Below are positions 20,192-29,818 of a stretch of 51,501 nt of DNA, piece by piece. Each line of letters begins with the position of its first letter. The first letter of the stretch is position 1. A model generated the notes under the pieces. It was not told where the DNA came from. It ran no database searches and saw nothing but the letters and a program-made list of their open reading frames with translations. Source of the DNA: an uncultured Rhizobium sp. (lineage in GTDB: Bacteria; Bacteroidota; Bacteroidia; NS11-12g; UBA955); contig CAZYBT010000008.1 in NCBI GenBank assembly GCA_964645755.1, forward strand, positions 1-51,501, written 5' to 3'. The translations under genes were made by a program, and so were the position numbers.

Positions 20192-22687
20192 TTATTGCTT
20201 TAAAATGAGGGATTGTTTGAAGTCTTGAGTGGCAGAAAATTCGTATTGCTCCGCTTGAAATGATATTTTACAATTCCTAAGCTTGTATTCATCGCAATTT
20301 CCATTCACACAAACCTTGCATTCTTTACCTAACGCTTTTGTGATGGGCTGAACTTTGATGCGCATATAAATTGATTGATCTTTATCCGTCAATTTCAGTA
20401 TTTTGTATGCATCTGTTTCTTTGACATGGATGGTAAAATCACTTTCCGAACCTTTGTTAAATACCATTGTTGGAGTGTGCTCAACCGACAATGAAGTGAT
20501 AGGACACATGGATTTCATCGACTTCATTTGGTCAATTAATTGATGTTCTAAGTTCAATTGATTTGCAAATGAAAATTCTGGTTCCATGTTTTTATCGCCA
20601 CGAACCGTAAAACTTTGGTTGTTGGAATTGTATTCCTCCAATTTCACCTTAAAGGTAAAGTATAAGGGCATTTTTAAAATATCGTCGAGCAAGGGTTCAA
20701 CAGACATTCTATATTGCACAAAATTCACGGCCCAATTTCTAAAGACGGGTTTTGTAATTTCTTGATCTAGTCCTAAATAATTTTTATTTAACAGATTACA
20801 AAAACTTTCATCCACCATACTCATGGGGTACTGAAGCTGAAACAATGCCAATGCATAAGCAGTGGAAAACAGCTGATTGGATTTAAAAGTAGGTGGAAAT
20901 GCACTCAATTCATTGCTTTCAATGGCCTGTGAAATTTTGATATAAACAAAATCCTTTTCTCTTCCTAGCTGCTTGTATTTATCAAGGTTGTTGTATGCAT
21001 TTCCTTTTAATGGATTCGCAACACAAATGATATAATCATGCTGATCCATTTTTATTGTGCAAATTGGGAACATCACCCCGTCCGCTTTGTCTTTAACCGC
21101 ATGTAATTGATTAGAATCGTTGTATTTATAAAGGGAAGTAAAACCAGCATGTATAAAAAATGGCATTTTTAATTTTATCCAATTTTCGATAAAACTCACC
21201 GTAATCGGTTTTTGATAATCTCCTATTTCAGGAAAAAATTCGGCTTTTGTCCATTGACTATCGATATATTTAAATTCTTGTGTTCCAATGGGCACAGTGA
21301 GTGAACTTTTGGCAATATAATCTGAAATTTTACTCAAAATTTTCCCATCTTCGATATTGATTTTATCGAGCAATTGAGAATTATCGGAAGAATCAAAAAT
21401 TTGGGTAAATACAGGTTTGATAAACTTATTGTGGGAAGTTAGAATTTGAAAGCCAACAGCAACATTCTTTTGTTGATTTTCGGTCACCAATTGAACGGTT
21501 GAGTCAATTCTCATGCAGAACAGCGGTTTACCTAACAAATCAAAGGTTTTACCAGAATTTTCATTCACAAAAACATATTCATCGCTCTGGTAATCGGAGG
21601 CTTTAAGAATATGTCCTTCAAAAAAAGGCATATATTGCAAATAACTGTAGACCAATTTTCGACCGTCTTTGCGTTTTGAATCAAACTGAAACCTTTTTTT
21701 ACGTTGAATGGAAATTGATTCAAGATCAATTTTAACATGAGCTGGTACTTTGGGTTCTCTTCCTGTCAATTGCAAATTCACAACATGAATCGCACTGTCT
21801 ATTTTCTCGAGACCAATTAACCTGTTGGCGACCAAATTATTGAGTCTACTATTTTTAAATTTGGCATTAAATTGTTGTAAATCTGCGATTTTGTATTTGT
21901 TCGGTATTCGATTAAAGTAAATTTCAGCGATTGCACTATCGGCAGAAATGGCGAAATTGGTATTGGGATACTTTTGCTTGAAGAATGCGTATTCATCTTC
22001 CGAATGAATTTTGGTAGCTGCCAAAAAAGCGAACTTTGCTTCCAGAAAATAGGCATAATCGTCGCAATAGGATTTCGGAAATTTATCGCGAAACATCAAA
22101 ATGGAATTGAGTTCGTGTTGAATTAGTGCATCAAGCCATGCTTGTTTAATTTCTAAGATTTGAATGGTTCTATTCGGTTCAACTGAAATGTATTTTTGAA
22201 GGTAATGAGAAATGAATTTTTGAACTTCTGGAATTGATCTTTCATCGTTAAAAGCAATAATAAACTTGTGAATTTTTAGGGTATCATTTAATTGAAGTAG
22301 TTGATTTAAATACAAACCAAGCGCTGAATCAACTGTTTTAGACCGATTGTAGGTTAATTTCAATTTTTGGTCGAAGCCTTGAATTGTTTTTGCCGGAATA
22401 ACGGAACGACAAGAATCATATTTAAAAGCGTAGATATAGTTTTTTTCGGCATTAAAGTTGGGGGAACTTGGGGAAAATTTGAGATATTTTAAATATGAAA
22501 CATCAAAAGATGTGCTGTCTTTTTCAGCGTTTTTTGCAAAAAGGCGATCAAATTTAGACCATTTTTTTTGTTGAAATGCTTTATGGGCTTTTACAAGAAT
22601 CTTCGATTGTGAGAATCCCAAATGGAAATTCACGAACAAAAAGAAGAGGAGGCAAAAGGATTTTAAAGTGGTTAAAAATTTGTGCAT
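20192..22687 (-). CDS. Large hypothetical secreted protein
   Basis: 831-aa uninterrupted ORF with an N-terminal signal peptide (FCLLFFLFVNFHLGFSQ). No family recognised by eye. Confidence 0.6.
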   Translation of the reverse strand: MHKFLTTLKSFCLLFFLFVNFHLGFSQSKILVKAHKAFQQKKWSKFDRLFAKNAEKDSTSFDVSYLKYLKFSPSSPNFNAEKNYIYAFKYDSCRSVIPAKTIQGFDQKLKLTYNRSKTVDSALGLYLNQLLQLNDTLKIHKFIIAFNDERSIPEVQKFISHYLQKYISVEPNRTIQILEIKQAWLDALIQHELNSILMFRDKFPKSYCDDYAYFLEAKFAFLAATKIHSEDEYAFFKQKYPNTNFAISADSAIAEIYFNRIPNKYKIADLQQFNAKFKNSRLNNLVANRLIGLEKIDSAIHVVNLQLTGREPKVPAHVKIDLESISIQRKKRFQFDSKRKDGRKLVYSYLQYMPFFEGHILKASDYQSDEYVFVNENSGKTFDLLGKPLFCMRIDSTVQLVTENQQKNVAVGFQILTSHNKFIKPVFTQIFDSSDNSQLLDKINIEDGKILSKISDYIAKSSLTVPIGTQEFKYIDSQWTKAEFFPEIGDYQKPITVSFIENWIKLKMPFFIHAGFTSLYKYNDSNQLHAVKDKADGVMFPICTIKMDQHDYIICVANPLKGNAYNNLDKYKQLGREKDFVYIKISQAIESNELSAFPPTFKSNQLFSTAYALALFQLQYPMSMVDESFCNLLNKNYLGLDQEITKPVFRNWAVNFVQYRMSVEPLLDDILKMPLYFTFKVKLEEYNSNNQSFTVRGDKNMEPEFSFANQLNLEHQLIDQMKSMKSMCPITSLSVEHTPTMVFNKGSESDFTIHVKETDAYKILKLTDKDQSIYMRIKVQPITKALGKECKVCVNGNCDEYKLRNCKISFQAEQYEFSATQDFKQSLILKQ

Positions 22688-22758
22688 CGATACCGTAAGT
22701 TGGTTACAAATAATGCCAACAAAGATAATGCAAAGATAGTTGAACTCAGAATTTGGGT

Positions 22759-23427
22759 TTATTTCTTTTTACTGCTACAATATTTATTTAAGTAATCAGA
22801 AATATAATATTGATAATCGTTCACTCTTTTCACACCACTCATGACGGAACTAAGTTTGCTACAGACTTTATCCAGATTGGCATTAGCCTTATTCACTTCA
22901 GCAATTAACCCATTTCTTTTGGTGTTTAAGGTTTTGATGTCTACCACTGTTTTATAAAGGTTATACACATTACTTACAACGGGAATTGCTCCAATGACTT
23001 CATTTTCAATTGCTGTAACCAATGCCGCTTTTTCATTATCGGCCAGTAATACATCAAGTTTACCTTTACCTTGGTTGATTTTTTCTGCTACAGTAGCCAC
23101 GGATACTGCCACTTTCATTGCCCCTTTAGCTGCTTTAAATGCAGATAAGATACTTGTTGCTTGCTCATAAGCTCCTTTCAAAGCTATCATCGCCATTTGT
23201 ACCTCGCTGTTCGATTTTGCTTTTTGAAGTGCTTTGATTTGATTTTCAGCATTTTTTTTGGCGGTCATCAATGCATCATATTGTTGCTTTGCTTTCGCTG
23301 TTTCTTTGTCTAAAATACTGAGTAAAGTAACATCTCTATACAATTTCAATTCTTCGCAAGTCATCTTTTGTGCCGACAACAAGCCAATTGCAGAGAATAC
23401 AAGGGTGAAAAGTAATCCTTTTTTCAT
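22759..23427 (-). CDS. Hypothetical secreted alpha-helical protein
   Basis: ORF 22759..23436, which starts at TTG. I prefer ATG 23427 (MKKGLLFTLVFSAIGLLSAQ, a signal peptide). Ala/Lys-rich coiled-coil-like sequence. Confidence 0.55.
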   Translation of the reverse strand: MKKGLLFTLVFSAIGLLSAQKMTCEELKLYRDVTLLSILDKETAKAKQQYDALMTAKKNAENQIKALQKAKSNSEVQMAMIALKGAYEQATSILSAFKAAKGAMKVAVSVATVAEKINQGKGKLDVLLADNEKAALVTAIENEVIGAIPVVSNVYNLYKTVVDIKTLNTKRNGLIAEVNKANANLDKVCSKLSSVMSGVKRVNDYQYYISDYLNKYCSSKKK

Positions 23428-23605
23428 ATGCTGCAAACATATCTATCTCAAAAAGAACTTCTATACCAAATTATTGGTAATTATTACTTTACACTTGATT
23501 GCTCACCAATGGAATCGTGAAATTCACTAAAAAAATTAAAATTCATGAAGGATTCACTAATTTTGTGCAAAGCGATCTACAGTTGTTGCTTTCAATCAAA
23601 TAAAT

Positions 23606-23824
23606 ATGTCGAACGATCCTCTGCACGGTATAACCTTAGAAAAAATTGTCACCGAACTTTATGAAAAATTTGGATGGGAAGAATTGAGTTATCATATCCG
23701 AATCAATTGTTTCATCGACAATCCAAGTATAAAATCGAGTCTGAAATTCCTGCGCCGTACACCTTGGGCCAGAAAAAAAGTAGAGGACCTTTATCTATAC
23801 AAAATTGTTAGAAAAAGGAATTAG
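23606..23824 (+). CDS. VF530/DUF2132 family putative DNA-binding protein
   Basis: 72 aa. [24 protein letters not shown]...[27 protein letters not shown] matches my recollection of the DUF2132 family. Confidence 0.7.
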   Translation: MSNDPLHGITLEKIVTELYEKFGWEELSYHIRINCFIDNPSIKSSLKFLRRTPWARKKVEDLYLYKIVRKRN

Positions 23825-23955
23825 GGAGATTTGAGGGATTAGAAAGATTAGGGAGATTAGAGGGATTAGAGGGATTAGATGGATTAGAAAGATTAGGGAG
23901 ATTAGAAAGATTAGGGAGATTAGAGGGATTAGAGGGATTAGGGAGATTAGAGGAC
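23821..23955. repeat. Tandem array of 15 units of a 9-bp repeat, TTAGRRRGA
   Basis: Read directly from the sequence. The units in order are ttagggaga, tttgaggga, ttagaaaga, ttagggaga, ttagaggga x2, ttagatgga, ttagaaaga, ttagggaga, ttagaaaga, ttagggaga, ttagaggga x2, ttagggaga, ttagaggac. The array fills the whole gap between two convergent genes. Confidence 0.95.
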
Positions 23956-26900
23956 AATTTGTTTCAAATAATATTTTCGTCCGTTCTCTAACATTACCTC
24001 AAACAAATAAACGCCTTTTTGCAAATCTTCAACGCGAATAGAATTGCAATTTTGCAAATCTTTTTCCCAAACCAATTGTCCCTCAAGAGAATAGACCTTT
24101 ATTTTTTTCATACTCAATATCGACAACAAATTAACGTTGTTATGGCTTGGATTCGGGAAAGAGGATACCAAGTTTTGATCGACGTTGTGAACATCAGATT
24201 TAGACTTTACGGTGATAATTTTGAATCTATTGGGATTTTTACTTGCTTCAATTTGAGGATCAATGGTAAATGAATATTCATTCTTTTCATTGTTCGCCAA
24301 AGGGATTGAACGGCCAATGAATTCATCTCTTAGCATGAGTTGATGTCCCTCAATATTTTGAGTAAAACTCACAATGGTATAGTGTATATGCCTCGTTTGC
24401 TCCAACAACAATTGAACAGTATCGAATTGATCGGATGGATATGCTTTTGATTCAATGCTTAATTTTTGTTTATGCGAAATTATTGAGAAGTTTTCATCTT
24501 GGTTCCACGGTTTAGAGGCATCAAAATCATCGATTTCGGAATTAAATTGATTGTCGAAACGAACTTGCAAACCATCTAAAGGCATTGATTTTGACTTAAA
24601 GGAATCTGTTTGATACAGATTCATGTCCAATCTTGCGATATCAAACGACTCTCTCCAAGTTGCTGAGGTCGTGGTGGTTTTGGCATTTTCAGAAAATTTA
24701 AGGCTTGCAGCACCAGCATTTTTTGTTTTCACAAAGCATGCTTGCCATGGCTGTAAAAATTTATTTGCCATGGAGCCAGATACATTGTTGGTATTGTTTA
24801 CAACATCAACGGTCACATATGCTCCTCTGGTACCAACGGTTGGATCCCAAATATAATAATAAACGGTATTCAGATTTGTATTGAAGGAAGTTGACGACAG
24901 CAGTGTTCCCATATTCACCGCAGCTTGAAATGGGTTCGCCACCAAACTAAAGGCATCAGCTGATGTGTTCAATCCGGAAAATGTTTTAGTGCCCATAAAC
25001 AATTCACCGCTAGCCCGCAGAGTTGTATTTGTAGCTGTTGGAGCATTGCTCGATAAACTAATTGTTCGATCGCCACGGATAAACAGTCTGTATGGATTTC
25101 CTGCGGTTAATTTATCATTTGTGGAGTTGTTGGTGCTACTCACAGCCGACCAAGAACTTGTGCTGTTATCGAATGTAAACAACGAAGGGTTACCCGTTGT
25201 AGTTTGATCAAATCCGTTGCTCCCGGAACTGGAACCCGTAATGTGTGTTCCATAACCACCATTTGAACTACCACCCTCTTGCCAATTCTGATAAATTGTG
25301 GTTGATGTGGTAACAGGAGAGGCAAGCAATCTAAATGCTCTTCTTCCCGGTATATAACGCTCAACCGTAATATTTCCTGTAATTGTAGGCAAATCTGACA
25401 TATTTCCAACCATTGCAGTACCCGTAGAAGAACTTCTTAAGGTCAAATATCCACCGGTATTTAAATTACCCCAAGGAATATCTAAATAAGAATTGATATA
25501 CAAAGCATTGCCTAAGGTTAAGACACCAGAAACACCCGGCATAATGGTTAAGGTTGACAATGAATTTGTTGTTAAATTTGTTGTAGCATCAAAATAAACT
25601 GTAGACGTTGTATAACTTGAATTGTAAGTTAACGAGGATGTTGAACCTCCCACCAACGTTCCTGTACCACTAATTTTCCCTCCAACGGTAAGTGTGTATC
25701 CGTTCAAAGTAAATTTGGTACCAGAAGGCAACAAAATGTCGCCTAAAGTTCTATTTTGATCTAAACTTGGGTAATATAACGGAGTGGAAAATATTTCTAC
25801 ATGAGAGCCTGCTGGGGGAACTGTTTCTTCAGCCCAGTTGGTTGAGATATTGTAAGCCGTGCTGGTATTTCCATTCCACACAAAATTTGTTTTAACTGAC
25901 GTTGGTTGTGAAACAAAGTTAGATGAAGTGCTCGTTAAAGAAACGCTATTTAAAAACAAGTTTCCATTGTTCATTTCATTGTAAACTTGAGTAATGTCTG
26001 TGTTGGAATTGGAAGGGTTCCCATGATCAAAAGAATAGTACGACAATAACCCTGTGGTGGTAACGGGGATGAATTTGTCTTTGTATTCAGCAATTTCAGA
26101 TGCCGTTCGTGCTGTTGACCAAATTCGAAGTTCGTCAATGGTGATATCCGAATTAAAGGCGAAATTTGCGCCAGTACGGTCTGTACCTACAGCTAAAACA
26201 TCAGAGCCATCCAACGAATAGGTTGCGGCAGAGGTATTCGAAGCTTGCAAAGAACCATTGATGTAAACATATGATTTTGAATTGTCATACACAAACGCCA
26301 TGTGGTACCAAGTACCAGCAGATACAGCGAAAGAAGTGGTGGTATTGGTGGCTGTTCCGGATGTGTTTGAAATGTAAAAATCGATATAATTGCTTGAATT
26401 TTTGTAGGGTATCGCCCTGCAGTAAGATGTGGCACCAAGGCTTTGATACATTCCTAAAAAGTTCTGTTGTCCTGTAAGTGAGTTGAATTTAATCCAACAT
26501 TCCATGGTGAGTTTATTACTACCAGCACTGCTGATGTCTGCCTGTAAATAATCTGAAACACCGCCAAGGCTCATTGAATTGGGCGAGAATGTTAATGAAC
26601 TACTCGTGCTCCATGTTGGACCTTTGGTGAGGGTACCGTTGATACTGGATGTATTGGTACAAGTATTGATAGCAGTGGTCCCTGAACCAGAATTCAATTT
26701 ATAATACGCTACCAAACCTGTGGCGTTATAGGCTGGAGAACGAAACATTGTGGAAATAACCTGCTGCTGTGTTCTGGCAATAGACCAAAATCTTACTTCA
26801 TCAATTTGACCTGAGAAATAATTATCAATAGCGCCAATTAAATAATTCCCGATAACTTTAACGGTACTCGACACGGTAGCACTCGCTTCTAATTTTCCAT

Positions 26901-27303
26901 TGATGTATATTGATAGAGAAGTTCCAGATTTCACCATTGCTAAATGATTCCATTTATCCTGAGTAATCACAGCATTGGTATTGCCTGTGTATCTCGTATT
27001 CGTTGTGGGTTGATACATATCATAATGCAAATACCCATTATTAATCCACATACCTGGATTTCGATCGGAACTCGTAGATCCTAGTTGATATCCTATAATT
27101 CCATGATATGCACTATTAAATGAACCAGAATTGGGCTTTATCCAGCATTCTATGGTAAAATTGGTTACCGCTGAAGAATAAATATTTGATGGAATAGCAA
27201 TGTAGTCGTCTACCCCGTCGAAATTCACTGCATAATTTTGAGCGGACAATGAAAAAGTGAAAAATGTAAAAAACGCGAGAAAAAAAGTTCTCAAAGATTT
27301 CAT
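23947..27303 (-). CDS. Secreted protein with two LamG (Laminin_G_3) domains and a T9SS C-terminal sorting domain
   Basis: 1118 aa with a signal peptide. Two LamG blocks: FTIECWIKPNSG...WNHLAMVKSGTSLSIYINGKL...GQIDEVRFWSIARTQQQV, and LTMECWIKFNS...WYHMAFVYDNSKSYVYINGSL...ITIDELRIWSTARTASEI. C-terminal FPNPSHNNVNL...GVYLFEV is a T9SS CTD. Confidence 0.75.
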   Translation of the reverse strand: MKSLRTFFLAFFTFFTFSLSAQNYAVNFDGVDDYIAIPSNIYSSAVTNFTIECWIKPNSGSFNSAYHGIIGYQLGSTSSDRNPGMWINNGYLHYDMYQPTTNTRYTGNTNAVITQDKWNHLAMVKSGTSLSIYINGKLEASATVSSTVKVIGNYLIGAIDNYFSGQIDEVRFWSIARTQQQVISTMFRSPAYNATGLVAYYKLNSGSGTTAINTCTNTSSINGTLTKGPTWSTSSSLTFSPNSMSLGGVSDYLQADISSAGSNKLTMECWIKFNSLTGQQNFLGMYQSLGATSYCRAIPYKNSSNYIDFYISNTSGTATNTTTSFAVSAGTWYHMAFVYDNSKSYVYINGSLQASNTSAATYSLDGSDVLAVGTDRTGANFAFNSDITIDELRIWSTARTASEIAEYKDKFIPVTTTGLLSYYSFDHGNPSNSNTDITQVYNEMNNGNLFLNSVSLTSTSSNFVSQPTSVKTNFVWNGNTSTAYNISTNWAEETVPPAGSHVEIFSTPLYYPSLDQNRTLGDILLPSGTKFTLNGYTLTVGGKISGTGTLVGGSTSSLTYNSSYTTSTVYFDATTNLTTNSLSTLTIMPGVSGVLTLGNALYINSYLDIPWGNLNTGGYLTLRSSSTGTAMVGNMSDLPTITGNITVERYIPGRRAFRLLASPVTTSTTIYQNWQEGGSSNGGYGTHITGSSSGSNGFDQTTTGNPSLFTFDNSTSSWSAVSSTNNSTNDKLTAGNPYRLFIRGDRTISLSSNAPTATNTTLRASGELFMGTKTFSGLNTSADAFSLVANPFQAAVNMGTLLSSTSFNTNLNTVYYYIWDPTVGTRGAYVTVDVVNNTNNVSGSMANKFLQPWQACFVKTKNAGAASLKFSENAKTTTTSATWRESFDIARLDMNLYQTDSFKSKSMPLDGLQVRFDNQFNSEIDDFDASKPWNQDENFSIISHKQKLSIESKAYPSDQFDTVQLLLEQTRHIHYTIVSFTQNIEGHQLMLRDEFIGRSIPLANNEKNEYSFTIDPQIEASKNPNRFKIITVKSKSDVHNVDQNLVSSFPNPSHNNVNLLSILSMKKIKVYSLEGQLVWEKDLQNCNSIRVEDLQKGVYLFEVMLENGRKYYLKQIVL

Positions 27304-27346
27304 GATTTCAAAGATACAAAATCTGTGTGATTATTGCAATCCTCAG

Positions 27347-27380
27347 GAAGGGATTAGGAAGATTAGAGGGATTAGGTAAA
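27347..27380. repeat. Short array (about 3 units) of the same TTAGRRRGA 9-mer family
   Basis: gaaggga-ttaggaaga-ttagaggga-ttaggtaaa. Lies 15 nt beyond the stop (27395) of the upstream minus-strand gene and 44 nt upstream of the start of the LamG gene (27303). Confidence 0.8.
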
Positions 27381-27394
27381 ACTTTCAACAGCCT

Positions 27395-29548
27395 TTATTG
27401 ATAGATGATCACTTTCACTGCTAGCCTTTTGTGATTAACATCAAATAAATGAAGTGTATAATTCCCTTTACTACCCCATTTATCTAATTGAAACTCTGTT
27501 TTTTCAGACATGATGTACTTTTCTTGAATCAAGTCGTTTACAACATTATAAATCCGGACATAAAAACCCTTAAACTTTTGATAATCACCAACTTTTAAAA
27601 ATAAAGTTCGATTAGATGGAACTGGATATATGCTGAATTCGTCAGTTAATATTCCAGAATTTATGGTGTCATTGATGGTGAACTTTAAAGTATCTTGTAC
27701 AAGAATATTCTTATAGATACTCACGGTGTCTGTAACAATAAGCCTGACCAACGTAGTATCATTGATTTTCGTTCTAATTGTATCATAAACATTGAATCTC
27801 AATGTATCTTTATAAACAATCTTAACAGAATCAATATATTGGGTAACAATTCTAAAGGTGTCAAATACTTCGTAAAATGTAGTGTCGCGGACATGGTGTC
27901 TGATTGTATCAATATGGACTAAAGAATCTACATGCACAAAAAAGCAGGTATCAGCGATTTTCACTGTGTAAATAGAACCAGAATCGCGGCAAATGTCGGT
28001 ATTCCCAGTCAACCTCAATTGAGTTCCATGGTGGTTAAAATCGACTTTACGGATTTTTAATTTATTGGTCAATGTCCCCCGAAATGAGCTACTTTCAAAA
28101 ATATTCGCCCAATCGAAACCCGGAGATTTTCCGATCCATTTAAGCAAAACTTGTTTGTATCCTTTGATTGTATCTGAAGCGATGGTAATTGAATCCCCAA
28201 CTTTTGACGTGAAATTTTTTGAGGGATTTACTCTTGGAAATTTAAAGGTGTCGCAGCATTTTGAATCTACCAAAATATGGAAAGTTCTGTAGGTAATGGC
28301 CGGTTGTGAACAATCGTTATCATTCATTTCAACTCGCAGTTTGTATGTAACCCTATTGGTATCTTTGAGTTGGGTATTCCAATAGAAATTATATTTTTTT
28401 TCATTGGTAGAAGATCCGGGTAACAGGGTAATTTGAGCCCCATTGGGAATTCCATAAAACTTTGTAGTAAGAGTATCAGGAGCTGTTTGATAACCAGACC
28501 AAGTGCTATCTTTTATTGTAAAATCGAAGTTTAATGTTCGACCCGCGCAAACCCTATATCCTCGTTTGTCGGTCATTAACGGTGGTAAATTGTTTTGAGC
28601 CGTATAAGTCCAATAATCAAATTCCCGTCTGGTTTTCCCTAGATAAACCCACTTCCCAATAGAATCTCTTCGATATTGCAGCGCCTCTACTACAAATGTT
28701 ACGGCGTCTCCATTTACGGTTGGAGTAAATACAACATCTCCTGTTACTGTATCTAAGTACATTCCTTTTGGAGGATAAACGGTTGGATTTGGTATACATT
28801 TGAATGTTGTAACCGGAGTACATAAGGAGAAGGATGGATATTGAAAGGTATAGGAAGAATTTGATCGTTTTTCATAAGAATTTGATCCGTTGGGATAAGT
28901 ACCTACTGAATTAGTCCACTGATATTTAATTGAATCTAAATCTGGATCATTCACGCCAAACGACAAATACTGTCCTGTATTAATTGCAAGTTTTAATTTA
29001 TTTATGGAATGATGATATCCGCTGTTATTAAAAGCAATTTTAGGGCTTGAAAGATTGCACAATGAAATTTCGCTGTAAAAAAATCGAGAATACATACTCG
29101 AAGTGTTGTCTCGTATACACGGAATAAACAAACATCGATTTAAGGCAATCATTGATTTCGTGATACTATCACTCACATCAATTGTATCTGCGTATACATG
29201 GCGTTCTATCCCATAACCTGTATTGTATGTATTCGTTTGTGAACATGGAATGGCAGTATACTGGCATCGTTCTGATATGTTTTCAATTTTTACAAATTTG
29301 AGAGCTCTTAAGTAATAGGTAAAAGAACCCCTCGTTTTGGTTGCAAACGCACGGTAATAAGAAAAGTCTCCAACTTTGAAAGCCACTCCCCTGCAATCTC
29401 GGTACAGATTCACTTGAATAGCATATTTCTTATTCCCTATATAATTGTAAGTAATATCACAACCTAAAACATGCGAACTTTTGGCCATTTGAAAAGTCAA
29501 AAGTGCTAGAATTAAGAAAATGATTTTTTTGAGGGCGGCCAAGGACAT
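27395..29548 (-). CDS. Hypothetical secreted protein with T9SS C-terminal sorting domain
   Basis: 717 aa with a signal peptide. The N-terminal SHVLGCDITYNYIGNKKYAIQVNLYRDCRG motif is seen in Bacteroidota gliding/T9SS-associated adhesin-like proteins. C-terminal FSIYPVPSNRTLFL...GNYTLHLF is a T9SS CTD. Confidence 0.65.
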   Translation of the reverse strand: MSLAALKKIIFLILALLTFQMAKSSHVLGCDITYNYIGNKKYAIQVNLYRDCRGVAFKVGDFSYYRAFATKTRGSFTYYLRALKFVKIENISERCQYTAIPCSQTNTYNTGYGIERHVYADTIDVSDSITKSMIALNRCLFIPCIRDNTSSMYSRFFYSEISLCNLSSPKIAFNNSGYHHSINKLKLAINTGQYLSFGVNDPDLDSIKYQWTNSVGTYPNGSNSYEKRSNSSYTFQYPSFSLCTPVTTFKCIPNPTVYPPKGMYLDTVTGDVVFTPTVNGDAVTFVVEALQYRRDSIGKWVYLGKTRREFDYWTYTAQNNLPPLMTDKRGYRVCAGRTLNFDFTIKDSTWSGYQTAPDTLTTKFYGIPNGAQITLLPGSSTNEKKYNFYWNTQLKDTNRVTYKLRVEMNDNDCSQPAITYRTFHILVDSKCCDTFKFPRVNPSKNFTSKVGDSITIASDTIKGYKQVLLKWIGKSPGFDWANIFESSSFRGTLTNKLKIRKVDFNHHGTQLRLTGNTDICRDSGSIYTVKIADTCFFVHVDSLVHIDTIRHHVRDTTFYEVFDTFRIVTQYIDSVKIVYKDTLRFNVYDTIRTKINDTTLVRLIVTDTVSIYKNILVQDTLKFTINDTINSGILTDEFSIYPVPSNRTLFLKVGDYQKFKGFYVRIYNVVNDLIQEKYIMSEKTEFQLDKWGSKGNYTLHLFDVNHKRLAVKVIIYQ

Positions 29549-29735
29549 TCAATTACGTAGACAAGTGTTTGGGTCAATATGTTGCCTTAGTATGGATGAT
29601 GAAGGTTAATGGGATTAGCGAGTATTCTATGGGTTAGGTTTATATTTCCAAAATCATTCCGATTATACACAATATGATAGTTGAAATAGGAATTAATAAT
29701 ATCAAAAAAAATTATGGAAAATTGCAAATAATCAA

Positions 29736-29785
29736 AAGGATTAGGAAGATTAGCCGGTTTAGGGAGATTAGAGGGATTAAGAGAA
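29736..29785. repeat. Degenerate array (about 5 units) of the TTAGRRRGA 9-mer family
   Basis: ttaggaaga-ttagccggt-ttagggaga-ttagaggga-ttaagagaa. Lies 34 nt beyond the stop (29819) of the upstream minus-strand gene. Isolated GGGATTAGCGAG and GGGTTAGG copies occur at 29611-29650. Confidence 0.75.
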
Positions 29786-29818
29786 GAACTTTAAACGATA
29801 ATCGTTCAACTTTATATT

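Noticed and set aside
23821-23955. The 9-bp tandem array as a CRISPR array, a telomere-like repeat or a coding extension
   Set aside because: There are no unique spacers between units and the unit is far too short for CRISPR. The TTAGGG resemblance is incidental in a circular-chromosome-type bacterial context. Open frames exist but have no start codon, and both flanking genes terminate at the array edges.
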